Counted from the first letter of the stretch, positions 12,675 through 25,874 are shown. The stretch is DNA of 64,000 nt from Octopus sinensis (GCF_006345805.1 NC_043005.1:47306001-47370000), one strand, 5' to 3'. Program-made: numbers and translations. The notes: generated by a model not told the origin, from the letters alone.

Positions 12675-12975
12675 GTGGCTGTGTGGTAAGAAATTTGATT
12701 CCTAGCTACAGGGTTTCGGGTTCAGTCCTACTGTTTGGCATCCTTGGCAAGTGTCTTCTACAATGGCATCGGGCCGATCAAAGCTTTATGACTAGATTTG
12801 GTTAACAGAAACTGAAAGAAGTCCGTGTGTGTGTACGTTTTTGTGTTTGTGTTTTCCCCCACCCAATGCTTGACAACCGGCGTTGGTTTATTTACGTCCA
12901 CATAACGTAGCGGTTTGACAAAAAAGAGACCGATAGGAAAAATAAGTACTGGGGTTGATTTATTCGTCTAAAAGA
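12675..12975 (+). mobile_element. S1 SINE
   Basis: GTGGCTGTGTGGTAAG head and S1 body. Confidence 0.8.
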
Positions 12976-13345
12976 TAAAAGACAGAAATGGCCGAGACGT
13001 AAGCGAGAAAGACGAAAAATTAACAGCTAAGAATAAATATCCAGGAAGTAGTAAAGCAAAAATATTGCAGCCTCGTGAGAGTAATTACTGTTGCCCCTAG
13101 ACTGATGGTGTGGCTGTTTGGGTTCCGGAAAGAAAAGTTGAGTTCTAGTGTGGGTCAAAAGAAGAAGAACGTTCACTTGTATCAATATTGCTTTGACCCG
13201 CAGGTCAAAACGATACTGTCAGAAGGGACACATATTCTTGCGACAACTGAGAACGGTACTGCTCTGCAAAACAAATAGTATCGAATGTGTGCGTGTATAC
13301 GTGTGTGAGTGTGTATGTAGACATCTCTGTCTGTCTGTCTCTCTC

Positions 13346-13432
<87 letters not shown>

Positions 13433-13436
<4 letters not shown>

Positions 13437-13640
13437 CGGAGATGTACTTGCATAGCAAGTGACCTGATCTGAAATCGTGTGCTGGAACGAAAACAATTGC
13501 ATCGTGGAAGGTGTTTATAAGCCATTTAAGAAACACACAAAATCCGTTAGATTAACTTCAAACATTTAAATTTAATTTGTCAAAATATTTTCATCGCTTT
13601 GAGACCGTGACCTGTTCACTGACAAAATTCCATGCTGCAT
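13433..13640 (-). mobile_element. ~200-bp hammerhead-bearing repeat, family C
   Basis: Reverse-complement homologue of 33719-33900; hammerhead-like fold at 13576-13626. Confidence 0.8.
13576..13626 (-). ncRNA. Minimal type I hammerhead ribozyme candidate with G3-C8 core (GUGAACA)
   Basis: Minus strand TTTGTCA-GTGAACA-G-GTCAC-GGTCTCAAA-GCGAT-GAAA-ATAT-T-T-TGACAAA: 7-bp stem I, stem II, GAAA, palindromic stem III. Confidence 0.55.
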
Positions 13641-13654
13641 TTGTATATATATAG

Positions 13655-13890
13655 AAGAATTAGCGATACACTGCAACTTCGAAATTTTATTGCTGAAGCT
13701 GTTCAAAACATCACACCTCAAATGCTGGAAAGTGTGTTCCGGGAAGCATTTTATCGCTTTGAGCTCTGATGGTAACCATAATGAGCACAAATTCTTTACA
13801 GCATATACCTTGAAATAAATATGTTATTCAAATTTTAACAAGTTTTTCATAATTCCAATTATTTCTCATAATAATCACTTTTGACACCTT
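13655..13890 (+). mobile_element. Tc1/mariner transposase 3' relic
   Basis: LRNFIAEAVQNITPQMLESVFREAFYRFEL..DGNHNEH resembles Tc1/Tc3-type C-termini. Confidence 0.6.
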
Positions 13891-13913
13891 GGCGTGCGTG
13901 TGTGTGTGTGTAT

Positions 13914-14113
13914 ACCGGGGATGCTGAAAAGTTCCTGGATTTCGGTAAAAGAGAATACAGGAGGATCAGTTAATTATGATTTTCTGCAACATATTCTCCT
14001 CTCAGATTCACACACTAATTGCAGCGGTCCTTCGATATTTCTAAGCCCTGTAAAAGAACTCCAACAAGACCTTTCGTGATACCTTTAAAGCCAAAATCTT
14101 TTCAGCACCCCTT
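13914..14113. mobile_element. Mariner MITE (~200 bp)
   Basis: TIRs CCGGGGATGCTGAAAAGTTCCTGG and AAAGCCAAAATCTTTTCAGCACCCCTTCG; internal transposase 3' remnant on the minus strand as at 2741. Confidence 0.8.
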
Positions 14114-14129
14114 CGTGTGTGTGTGTGTG

Positions 14130-14175
<46 letters not shown>

Positions 14176-14182
14176 CGTGTAT

Positions 14183-14480
14183 AGTGAAGGTGCGTGGCTT
14201 AGTGGTTAGGGCATTCAGCTCACAATCTTAAGGTCATGAGTTCAATTCCCGGTGACGCGGTGTGTCCTTGAGCAAGCAAGACACTATTTCACGTTGTTCC
14301 AGTACACTCATCTGGCAAAAATGAGTAGTACCTGTATTTCAAAATGTCAGCTTTGTCACACTGAGAAGTACGTTAAGGGTAGGCCTACACGTGTCTGTGG
14401 AATGCCACTTGCACGTTAACTTCACGAGTAGGGTGTTCCGTTGATCGTATCAGCTGAGACCCTCGTCGTCGTAACCGACG
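14183..14480 (+). mobile_element. S4 SINE
   Basis: GCGTGGCTTAGTGGTTAGGG..GAGTTCAATTCCC head plus S4 body. Confidence 0.8.
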
Positions 14481-14492
14481 GTGTGTTCCTTT

Positions 14493-14525
<33 letters not shown>

Positions 14526-15419
14526 ATTTCAGCCTTGAAATTGCGACCATGCTGGGGCATATATGTGTGTGTGTGTATAAATTGTTACTGAGCCAAACGA
14601 GGGGAAGAATAGAAGAAATCACGTGCATAGAGAATATATCAGAATTAATTAGAATTTAATTGCTTTCAAAATATAGGAATTCACCTTAGATTTTCAAAAG
14701 TGCATAGTTTATAAAGCTGCGTCACGAACTATGTCTAATTTGGCTGTTGTTTTAGTATACGTATATATAAGTAAATATAAACACACGCGCGTGTATGTAT
14801 GAGTGTGTATGTATGTAGGTCTATTAACGTGTTTCAACCTGTATTTCTCCATAGGTGAATATCTCTAAGTACACAATTCTCTTGACTGTTATGCAAGAGT
14901 ATATTTCTATGAAAAGTATATATATTTAGATGTATATTTGTTCTACCTTTGTGTGTCTCTTCAACACTATTTCTGCATATTTACGCATATTTATTGATTT
15001 ATATACACTTACCTGTTTATTTGCTTATATGCTTGCTTTCATACACCAAGTATATACTCTCCTATAATCTGTAATTTCCTCAAGCATTGCCTAACGTCTT
15101 GTTTGTAATTTAACTCGCCCAAAACTTTCGCCAACGGATAAGTAACACTCTATTTCACCTCATTGCCACATTTATTAACAGCTCATTATTAATGATTAAT
15201 TATTAAATTTTGATTAACTTACAATTAATGACCGATAGTTATTGGATAATGACTTACCTGTCTTCTTTACTCAGTTTTTATGCATAGGTAAATATCTAAC
15301 CAAATATGTACGCATTATATTTATACATTTTATTCCTATGTTTTTGTATGCATACCTATATATTTGTGTGAATGCATGTATCTCTGCGTGAATATTATAC
15401 ATACATATATATGTAAGGC

Positions 15420-15645
15420 GATAAACTGGCTGAATCGTTAGCAAGCAAGGCAAAAGGTTTAGCAGCATTTCGTCCATCTTTACGTTCTGAGTTCAAATTC
15501 CGCCAAGGTCGACTTGGCCCTTCATCCTTTCGAGGTTGATAAAATAAATACCAGGTGAGCCCTGAGGGTTCATGTAATCGACAAAGTCCACCACCCCCCC
15601 GCTCGAAATTGCTTTTCTTTGTGACAAGATTTGAAATTATTGGCC
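15420..15645 (+). mobile_element. S2 SINE
   Basis: TTCTGAGTTCAAATTCCGCCAAGGTCGAC body. Confidence 0.8.
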
Positions 15646-15994
15646 TCATGTCAATAATTTGAAACCCCTTTTTTCATGAGCCCACTCCATAATGTCTCCC
15701 TAAGGCATCCTTAATTCAGCAATCATGTCTTTTTTGTCAAGTGAGATCCCGTCATAATATCCGAGCATTGCTTCATATTGCAATATAACTTGGGAACACA
15801 ACTAATTTCTTCAAATCTTCTGCATCTTCTTAGTCATTAGCACTTTTCAGAAATTTCGTTCTCAGCTTTCATTTCTTTACGATGACAACCACTCCAACGA
15901 CGCAGAAAATATCGAAGATTTGTTCTTTCCTCTCAGCTTCTGTCTTTGACTCACATATATTTGTGCACATGTGTATAAACCGCACATACGGCCG

Positions 15995-16290
15995 GGTTCT
16001 TCGTCGATTACAACGGCGAGGGTTCCAGTTGATACGATCAACGGTACAGCCTGCTTGTAGAATTAACCTACAAGTAACTGAACACTCCACAGACATGTGT
16101 ACCCTTAACGTAGTTTTCAGGGAAATTCAATGTGACACAGAATAGGACAGTTGAATTACAGGTACAATTCATTTTTGCCAGCGAGAAATTAAAAATAGCT
16201 TGCTCAAGAACAAAACACTTCACCAGAAATCGAACTCATGACCATACAATCGCGAGCCGAATGCCCTAATCACTAAGCCACGCGTCTTCA
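15995..16290 (-). mobile_element. S4 SINE
   Basis: Reverse complement of the S4 head and body. Confidence 0.8.
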
Positions 16291-16769
16291 CTTTCAAGAA
16301 ACACTGCTTTAGAAAACTAGTCTTGTTTCGTTTATTATAGCGCTCTCAAAGGGTGCTAGAATTGGGGAAATTTTACGGCTCATATCTGATAAGGTAATGC
16401 TATAATAAGGAGATGTAGGTGTTAGCCGTAGGTGTGGCCTACAAATTGGTTAGTCACTAGTAAGTGAAGTGTCAAGAAGAGTGGGTGGTTTGTAAAATAA
16501 ATTAAAGTAGTGGATTTGGTTCGTTGGCATCTTTGTACCGAAAAATTTAATTGCTTGATAATTGCATAAAAATACTTGATTTAATTATTCATATTCGTTC
16601 GATGATCATTGATCTATGAAACTTATCCGTTTTAATGCAATAAAAAAATTCATATATTTACTTGCGACTTAATAACTCAGTTATTCACTACTCCAATAAG
16701 AATTGGTGCCACAGCATAGCCACAGCCCGTGAGCTGAAACTGGATGAAATATAAAAAAATTCATTAACA

Positions 16770-16936
16770 TAGGCGCAAGCGTGGCTGTACTGTGAGAAGC
16801 TTGCTACCTAACCACATGGTTCCGGGTTCAGTTTCACCTCGTGGCATTTTTGCTAAATGTCTTCTACTATGGCCTGGAGCCGATCAAAACCCTATTAGTG
16901 CATTTGGTAGGCGGAAGCTGAAAGAACCGCGTCGTA
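16770..16936 (+). mobile_element. S1 SINE 5' half
   Basis: GCGTGGCTGTACTGTGAGAAGCTTGCT head. Confidence 0.75.
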
Positions 16937-16947
16937 TATAGGACTAG

Positions 16948-17164
16948 GTATAAATAATGGTCATTACATATTTTTCCTCTATTGGAGTAAATTTGGCTTG
17001 CAGCTGTTTCCGATAATCATTATAGGTTCGTTACTGATAGGTTTTTCAATTAGTCTATTGATCAGCTGAGAAAAGTTGAACCACCTAAGAAATGACTACT
17101 GGAAACAGATGTAAGCCAAATTTACCCCAATAAAGGAAAAATATGTAATGATCTTTATTTATAC
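16948..17164. mobile_element. Foldback/MITE with ~64-bp TIRs
   Basis: 16948-17011 is the approximate reverse complement of 17101-17164. Confidence 0.75.
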
Positions 17165-17461
17165 TTTTTGTGTGTAGCACTCTGTATAAAAAAATCAGTT
17201 TGGTTGGAGCACAACACGGATTTACAATACAGAATGGTGATGAACTATAACCTTGGACTCTGGGATAAGAATCCTTGGAGTTCCTTACTAATATAGACAA
17301 TATTGTTAGCGTGGTGTGCCAACAGTGAGCTTATACAGTACTTGGCACGGATAGATAATCCCTCACCAATAACTCTTTTACACACATATACATATATATG
17401 AGTGTATAAAGATATATACACAAAGAGAAGACCCTTGTTACCCAGTGGTGATGGGTAATAA

Positions 17462-17633
17462 ATACACATACATACATACATACATACATACATACATACA
17501 TACATACCTGCATGCATGCATTCATGCATGCATACATACATACATTCATTCATACATACATACATACATACATACATACATACATACATACATACATACA
17601 TACATACATACATACATACATACATACATACAT
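17462..17633. repeat. (CATA)n microsatellite
   Basis: Direct reading. Confidence 0.95.
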
Positions 17634-19004
17634 GTACGATAGGCTTCTTTTAGTTTCTGTCTACCAAATCCACAGAGAAGAAAGAAAGAAATAATAGTAG
17701 AAACCTTTTTGAAATAGATAAATAACGAACTTCACTCCAGAAATATTAAAGAACTAAATTAACAAATTGATTATTTAGATCATTGCAGATGACTTAAGAT
17801 TGTTTATATATTCCTCAAAGCAAAGCTCCAGAATATTGTGACTGTATAATGCCCTACCTATAACTTCTATTTCTATAAGGACATTTATACCTATAGAGCA
17901 TTGCATTAACCTGTGAGAATAGAAATCTTGTTAAATTACGAGCACATTTTCGTAGTATGTGGATTGAAAATAATAGCATAAATAATTGGATTTCAAGGAA
18001 ATAATATAAAAAAGTATATATTATCAATATATAAGAAACAGGAGATCTAATACGTAATTTTGTCTAGAAAACCTGAACTTAGAAAACAATTTATGTCCTG
18101 AATGTAAATACATTATTGCTATGCAAGGGCAAATACATAATTTCATATCAACTTATACAACTTATATACTAATTTATATATATATATATATATAAAATAT
18201 TTTGTAAAAGTTTTTAGTAAACATGGGCAAGCATTCAGGAATTTATTTGCAATTAGCAATATCACTAAGACATTATTAAAAGTTTGCATTTTGTTTGATG
18301 ATGGTTAAGTGAATTGGCAAAAGAAGATTGCATTAAATAAAAGTTTGAAATTCGGAATCTGAATTTCATCAACACATTCTTTGAAATTTAAGAATATCTA
18401 GATTATAAATAACTAAATTTAAATTTAGTTGGCAGTTCACATCCATCTTGCAGAATGAATGCAAAAAATAATTTTTTTTTTTTGTTGCTATTTCCATTTT
18501 GGTTATTTTTATAAATAAGAGAAGAGCAAAGTAAATGTTTACTAGAAGACAAATATTTTGAGGATGAATTACATCAAAGGCTGTGGAAAACATTCACATA
18601 GTAGTAGTATGAAGGCTTTCACTGTAACAAAACATTGCTGCATCTACCATATGTTGGTGATTCCTTCCTCCAAGTGGATGACGACTTTGCACCACTCAGG
18701 CAGCAATCCTCCAACCCATGGATCTGTTTCGGAAGTCTTAGATGGTGAGGGGTTTAAAAGGTCGGAGTGCATATCCTACCTCAACTCCTTTCACATTTGT
18801 ATGATGACTAATTATTGATGGAAATTGAAATGAACCTCATGATAAATCTCTCCAACAGTGAAAGAAGAATGATATGTGTAAATAATTTCATATAGCATTT
18901 ATACGGTGTATATGCATGTGTATACACATATCTATATGTGTGCACTATACATACATACATACATATATATATATACACACACATATATATATACACATTT
19001 ATTT

Positions 19005-19390
19005 TTTTTTGTTTCAGTCATTTGACTGCGGCCATCCTGAAGCACCACCTTTAAGGGTATTTTAGTTGAAGAAATTGATCCCCAGGACTTATTCTTTGTA
19101 AGCCTAGAACTTATTCTATCAAACAGCTAATTTATGGGGATATAAGCTCACCAACATCGGTTGTCAAGTGGTCATGTGGGGACAAACACAGACATAAAGA
19201 CACATACACATAAATATATATATATATAAGATGGACTTCCTTCAGTTTCCATCTACCAAATCCACTTACAAGGCTTTGGTTGGCCCAAGGTTATAGTAGA
19301 AGACACTTGACTAAGGTGTCACACAAAGGGACTGAACCCAGAACCATGTGGTTGTGAAGTAAGCTTCTTATCACACAGCCACACCTGCAC
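19005..19390 (-). mobile_element. S1 SINE (full length, reverse)
   Basis: Reverse complement of S1 tail, body and head. Confidence 0.85.
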
Positions 19391-19391
19391 C

Positions 19392-19433
<42 letters not shown>

Positions 19434-19434
<1 letters not shown>

Positions 19435-19748
19435 CATCATCATCATCATCATCATCGTTTAACGTCCGTTTTCCGCGCTAGCACGGGTTGGACGGTTTCG
19501 ACCGGGGTCTGGGGAGCCAGGGGCTGCCCCAGGCTCCAGTCTGGTCTGGCAGTGTTTCTACAGCTGGATGCCCTTCCTAACGCCAACCACTCCGCGAGTG
19601 TAGTGGGTGCTTTTTACGTGCCACCTGCACAGGTGCCAGAGGGGTCTGGCATCGGCCACGGTCAGTTGGTGCTTTTTATGTGCCACCTGCACAGAAGCCA
19701 GTCGGGGCGGTGCTGGCATCGGCCACGTTCGGATGGTGCTTTTTATGT
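19434..19748 (-). mobile_element. SINE-like family S3 with (GAT)n tail and internal 60-70-bp repeats
   Basis: CATCATCATCGTTTAACGTCCG start; homologous to 39412, 44065, 44575, 49365 and 55165. Confidence 0.8.
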
Positions 19749-20007
19749 GGGGGGGAGGGTGCAGAAATATAGGGGAGCACCAGTGGGGAGGGGTGTTCGG
19801 AGAAACGATGATAGGTTCTAGACAAGTAGAACGTGGGTATCACGAGAGGGGTAATGCAGGTGAAATAGCGTATTGAAGAGGGGGGTTCGAAGAGTAGACA
19901 CCTATAATGGTGGTGGGAGAAGCGACATCCGGTATAGATGGAGCAAAAATATAGAGATATCCGGTATTGGTGGTGGTGGTGGTGGTGGGCAAGGGCGGGT
20001 GCACCGG

Positions 20008-20953
20008 GAATATACGAAGGTTGAACTTGGGCTGGCTTAAAAATGCTCTTAGCAATGGAAGGGGGGAAAGGAAGAGGGGGGGCATACAACGTAAAAGAGG
20101 GAGAGAGAGAAAGAGAAGGGAATAGTGGAACCCCGCGAAAATCGGCCGCCATTGAAAAAATCCTGTATAGAGAAACTCAAATATCTATTCTGTATTTAGC
20201 GAGACACGAGGCCGGAAAACCGATGGTCAACAATAACTAATAAATTATACAGAATATGCAATACGAGGCGAAATAATAATACTAACAAACAAGGGTCAAA
20301 GGGATAATACTAATAATAATAATAATAATAATAATAAACAGCTTAACCACTAGAGATCAGACAAATTTGCATGAGAATATTACTGGTACAGATTACGGGA
20401 TGAATTAGATTAGAAAGATTTTCTTATCTTGGGAACATTTCGTTTTTCGGCCTGACACGGCGAATATGCGAGGTTGAACTTGACGGGCTGGCTTAAAAAT
20501 GCTCTTAGCAATGGAAGCGGGGAAAGGAAGAGGGGGGAGGGCATACAACGTAAAAGAAGGAGAGGGAGAGAGAGAGAGAAGGGAATAGTGGAACCCCGCG
20601 AAAATCGGCCGCCATTGAAAAAGTCCTGTATAGAGAAACTCAAATATCTATTCTGTATTTAGCGAGACACGAGGCCGGAAAACCGATGGTCAACAATAAC
20701 TAATAAATTATACAGAATATGCAATACGAGGCGAAATAATAATACTAATAAACAAGGGTCAAAGGGATAATACTAATACTAATAATAATAATAATAATAA
20801 ACAGCTTAACCACTAGAGATCAGACAAATTTGCATGAGAATATTACTGGTACAGATTACGGGATGAATTAGATTAGAAAGATTTTCTTATCTTGGGAACA
20901 TTTCGTTTTTCGGTCTGACACGGCGAATATGCGAGGTTGAACTTGACGGGCTG
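20008..20953. repeat. Head-to-tail tandem of a ~460-bp unit (2 copies plus a partial third)
   Basis: GAATATGCGAGGTTGAACTTGACGGGCTG recurs at about 20008 (variant), 20462 and 20925; units near-identical. Confidence 0.95.
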
Positions 20954-20954
20954 A

Positions 20955-20999
<45 letters not shown>

Positions 21000-22189
21000 T
21001 ATATATACACATACACGTATATCATCCTAAAAATAATGTGCCAGACAAGTACTGGAATCAATATAATTCACAATGTTTCTTTCTCCAAATCAGAGACTTT
21101 GGGCCCATATAAAAAAAAAAATTTTATTATTTTGAAAAGAGATCATTTCATAGTCGATAAAATTTTATATCAGGCAGGTACTAAGGTCTATTCAATTGAC
21201 TAACTTTTCCACAAATATTCAGGCCTTGGACCTAGATAAGAAATTATTATTTCAGAAACACTCAGCATACAAAGTTAATAAAGATCCTTCTCCTAATGAG
21301 GAACTGAGCTGAAAATATTAACTAGAAAAGATATTAAAAAGTAGTACCTTTACATAACCTTGGAAATCAACAAACAAGAGATAAAAAATGTAGATGACAA
21401 TTTATAGTGAGTGATAGAAATGAAAACAGTGCCAGTTTTGCTTGAGTATTTCCTTTATTTCCGAAAGACTTATCCCAAAGACCTTTTCTTTTTCCTTTTC
21501 CTTTTTTTTTATTGCCATCTTTTAATTTCTAAAGGAGCTGTTTGATGCAGCAGAAAAGAATTCTGGGATAAGCAATGGAGCATAAATTATTTGATTCATA
21601 GAAGCATAGCTTTCAGGTTGAATAGAATAGTAATTCTTCTGATTCTAGAAGTATTTATAGTTGGAGACATAGATTGTATTTGAACAGTCTGTTTACTTCT
21701 TGGCTATTAGAAAGAGGAATGTATGACAACGAAGGCGCCAAATGGAAGAAAAGGTCAGGCAAATTAAGATGTTCATATTTTAAAGATAATCTTGATGAGT
21801 GCAGATATTGGCTGATTGCAATATAGGAAAAAAAAAATATCTACCATTAGTTTCTTTAGATGTCAGTAGCAAGGAGAGAATTAGCAAGAATGGTATTTAG
21901 TAAAGAGAGACACTACAGACTGCAGTTACCTTCCAGATTTTGTAGCCAATAAAGGAATTCTGATGTCAGTAACTGGATTCAATGATGGTTGGGTCTTTAA
22001 AATGTTTGCTTTGCAATGACACAATTCCAGGTACTAACCTACACCCCAGTGTCTTGAAAGTGGGGAGGTAGGCAATGTTTTCTTCTGTAGCTTCAGGTTG
22101 CCCACTCCTAAATAAGAATTTGATAGGCAAAATCAGCATGAAAGGTCATGTAGCTGAAGCAGAAGGAGACATCCTTTTTAACCCTCCCT

Positions 22190-22410
22190 AATTTGAGAAA
22201 TAGCTGTTCAGAAATGACATCTGGTAGATGAGAATGCTGTGCAAAAGTGAGCTTACCAAGGTCGTTGATTTGCTACAGACAAGGAAGTGCAGAAAGCAAT
22301 ACATAAATGACTGCATGACCTGCCAAAAACCTTCTCTGCTGAAAGAAGCTAGCTTGGGGACCACTGGAAGAAGTGCATTAGAAAACAAGGAGGCAATGTT
22401 GAAAAATGCA
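22190..22410 (+). mobile_element. Mariner transposase 3' relic
   Basis: FATDKEVQKAIHK*LHD..HWKKCIRKQGGNVEK. Confidence 0.75.
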
Positions 22411-22429
22411 TGAGAGCATATTATGTGGT

Positions 22430-22675
22430 ACTAAAATGGGAGCTTTTTATATGGGAGCAGCATTGATGCTTTTCACATGGTGCCAGCATGACTGCTTTTT
22501 ATGTGGTACCATCACAGGTACATTTTACATGGCACCAGCATGACTGCTTTTTATGTGGTATAAGCATGGCTGCTTTTTATGTGGTACCATCACAAGTACA
22601 TTTTACGTGGTACCAGCATAGGTGCTTTTTATGTGCTGCTAGCATGGGTGCTTTCTATGAGGTGCCAGCTGAGGC
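22430..22675 (-). repeat. Degraded S3-type tandem repeats
   Basis: Repeated TTTTATGTGGTACCA units similar to S3 internal repeats. Confidence 0.55.
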
Positions 22676-23804
22676 ATCATTCTAAAAATAAACAAACACA
22701 TCACTGAAATCTCAAAGCTATGAGACAATGCATGGTTCAAAATTCAAATTAATGTGAATAAATAAGCATTACATCTGATACAGTAATCTAAATACTAAAG
22801 GGTGGCAAAATTTTATATTTAAAATATGAATCCTTTATTTTAAGATGAAAAATATTTGACCCTCATAGCAAAGATAAAGATAGGATGATCACTGCCAGAG
22901 CATCAACAGAAAATTCTTTGATTGGTTATAGTCATACCATTGATCTCTTTGAGTCAAGCTGATAAGAGATATTCTAGAACAACAACTCACAATGGCTTTG
23001 CAAGCTGAGAGAATAGCATTGGTGTTCATCAGCTTTATTTATGAAAATATTTTAGTATGCTTAGATATAATATAAAGTTATGCCTAGCATTTGTTTCTTG
23101 GTTAATTTAGAATGCTTCCATTGTAACGGTGTTAGTTTGAAAAGTAAATCTTATTTTGGAAGAATTAGTTCTAAGCTGATTTAATTCAATCCTGAAATGG
23201 TTGCAATAGTTGGTTTTCATTTTCAGAATTCTTGATTAAATCTGCTAATGGCTAAACATATACTCTATACTTTAACAATATGCCAAGCTTCTGTTGCCCT
23301 CTTTTTACTTTTATTATTCATATGGATTCTTTAGTAACTGAAATTCTCTTATTTGTTTTTCACTAAGAGGCGATATAATTATGAATTATACATACTTCTG
23401 GTTACTTATGAGTGTTTTTAAGTACATTCTGATTGTTAATGATAGTAACTTATAAAAGATTTTCTGCAAAGTTTTCTTCATAATGGGAAGGATTGATTAA
23501 ATAAGACACAGACTACAAGCTTGTAGGTCATTATTTCAAATCTACTGCTTGTATTATATTGTATTCTTAGTATTATATTTTATGAACCTCTAGCCTTCTG
23601 AAATATGAAACGTATCATGTAAGCTGGTCTCAACAACAGTCTTTATAATCTCTTCTAAATGTATCTTTGAGAAGGATTGTAACATTGATGAATGTATGTA
23701 CATACATGCATGCATGCATGCATACATACATACATACATACATACATACATACATACATACATACATACATACATACATACATACATACATACATACATA
23801 CAAA

Positions 23805-24696
23805 CAAGGTGCTATCAAAAGATTGCTGGACTAGTTATGTTTAATATAAAATAACTTATTTACCTAAGTCTTAACATCATCTCCTTCAAAACAGTCACCT
23901 TGCATGGCAATACATTGATCCCAGCATTTCTGCCACTTTTGGAATCCAACCTGGAAGTTGGATAGCAATTTGAGGTTCATCTGCAATTCACTCCAGGTCT
24001 CAACAATGGTGTTAAAATAGCAACCTTTGAGTTGCATTTTCCTCTTTGGGTAGAGACAGAAGTCCACAGGTGCTAAATCTAGTTAATAGGACAGACGCAG
24101 AAGCAATACCCTGTTGTTTTAGCAAGAAGCTCATGAACAAGGTGAGCTTGGTGAAGAATCCAGTTCCTCACACTCCACAGATCTGATCGTTTTCGCCAAA
24201 TGTTCTCCTGCAAATGCTTCAAAACACCACAGTAGAACTCTCAATTGATGGTCTGGCCTTGGGGAATCAATTTTCAATGTACAATACTACATTTCTGGGG
24301 TGACACTCATGATAGGTCTTCCAGATTGCTAAACATCTTCCAGGGATATTCTTCCGTATTTTAAGCACCCATGCCACTTGAAACATTGTGTACCACCCAT
24401 TGGCTCATCGCTATAAGCTTTTCCAAAGAATGCTCAATGTCTCTGTAGCAGACTTCCTAAGTTTAACACAAAATATCACGTTAGCTGTTTGTTACTGTCC
24501 ATGACAAAATGGCAGACTACAGCATACACGTGATCACAAAAACACAAATTTCACAACTTGCAAAGTAAACACAGCAATGTTACTCAGCACACTGTCCCAT
24601 ACAGGTCACTACTAGCTCTCACTGTGCATGCAGCCATGTGCTGCCATCTGTTGGTGCACTATAAAACTAGTCCAGGAACTTTTTGATATCACCTCA
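23805..24696 (-). mobile_element. Internally deleted mariner element with both TIRs
   Basis: TIRs CAAGGTGCTATCAAAAGATTGCTGGACTAGTT and AACTAGTCCAGGAACTTTTTGATATCACCTCA; minus ORF DFCLYPK..LKG..FQKWQKCWDQCIAMQGDCFEGD is a mariner C-terminus. Confidence 0.85.
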
Positions 24697-24770
24697 TACT
24701 TATATACATACATATGTGTATGTAAATATAAACAAACTAACATACATACATATATACATACATACATACA

Positions 24771-24806
<36 letters not shown>

Positions 24807-25040
24807 TAGGGAGAGAGATAGAGAGAGAGATCCGTACGGTATTATCCATACAATTTCAAAATAAGCAACAAGGATATCCAAAGGGATGCAGTACAATCGT
24901 TTCATGCAACTCCATTTAATTGAACAATGCAATCATTACATCAGTTTAAAATGCAGAGCAATCTTCAGCTGTACAAAGACATAGAATGTAATTAAATTAG
25001 AACAGTTGGACACATTAGTATAATTATACCTAAAATCTCC

Positions 25041-25098
<58 letters not shown>

Positions 25099-25159
25099 TT
25101 ACATATATATATGTATATACATGTTTACATATACAGGCATGAAGATAGTTGCATATATC

Positions 25160-25199
<40 letters not shown>

Positions 25200-25389
25200 C
25201 ATATATATACATATATAGAATCTGATAAAGTATTATAATAGAGATATAAAACTTTATTATTTGAGAAAGTTGTGCTGTTCAATAGAAAAAGAGGAAAATA
25301 ATTGTTTTGAAATCATGAAATCTAATTATTTTAACACTGGAAGAATTTGAAAATCTAATACAATGGCTGATATAAAAATTAAATTGTTT

Positions 25390-25680
25390 TATGCATACAT
25401 ACATACATACATACATACATACATACATACATACATACATACATACATACATACATACATACATACATACATACATACGTACATACATGCATGCATGCAT
25501 TCATACATGCATGCATACATGCATACATGCATACATACATACATACATACATACATACTGTTGGAAACTGGCTCCCTCCTCAGTGGAAGATTTATAATAA
25601 TCAAAAAATAGAAGACATACATGAATACATACATCCATACAGACAGATAAATAGACAGATATGTAGACAGACAGACAGAC

Positions 25681-25738
<58 letters not shown>

Positions 25739-25799
25739 GTAGATAGGTAGATAGGTAGATAGATAGATAGATAGATAAGTAGATAGATAGGTAGATAGG

Positions 25800-25874
<75 letters not shown>

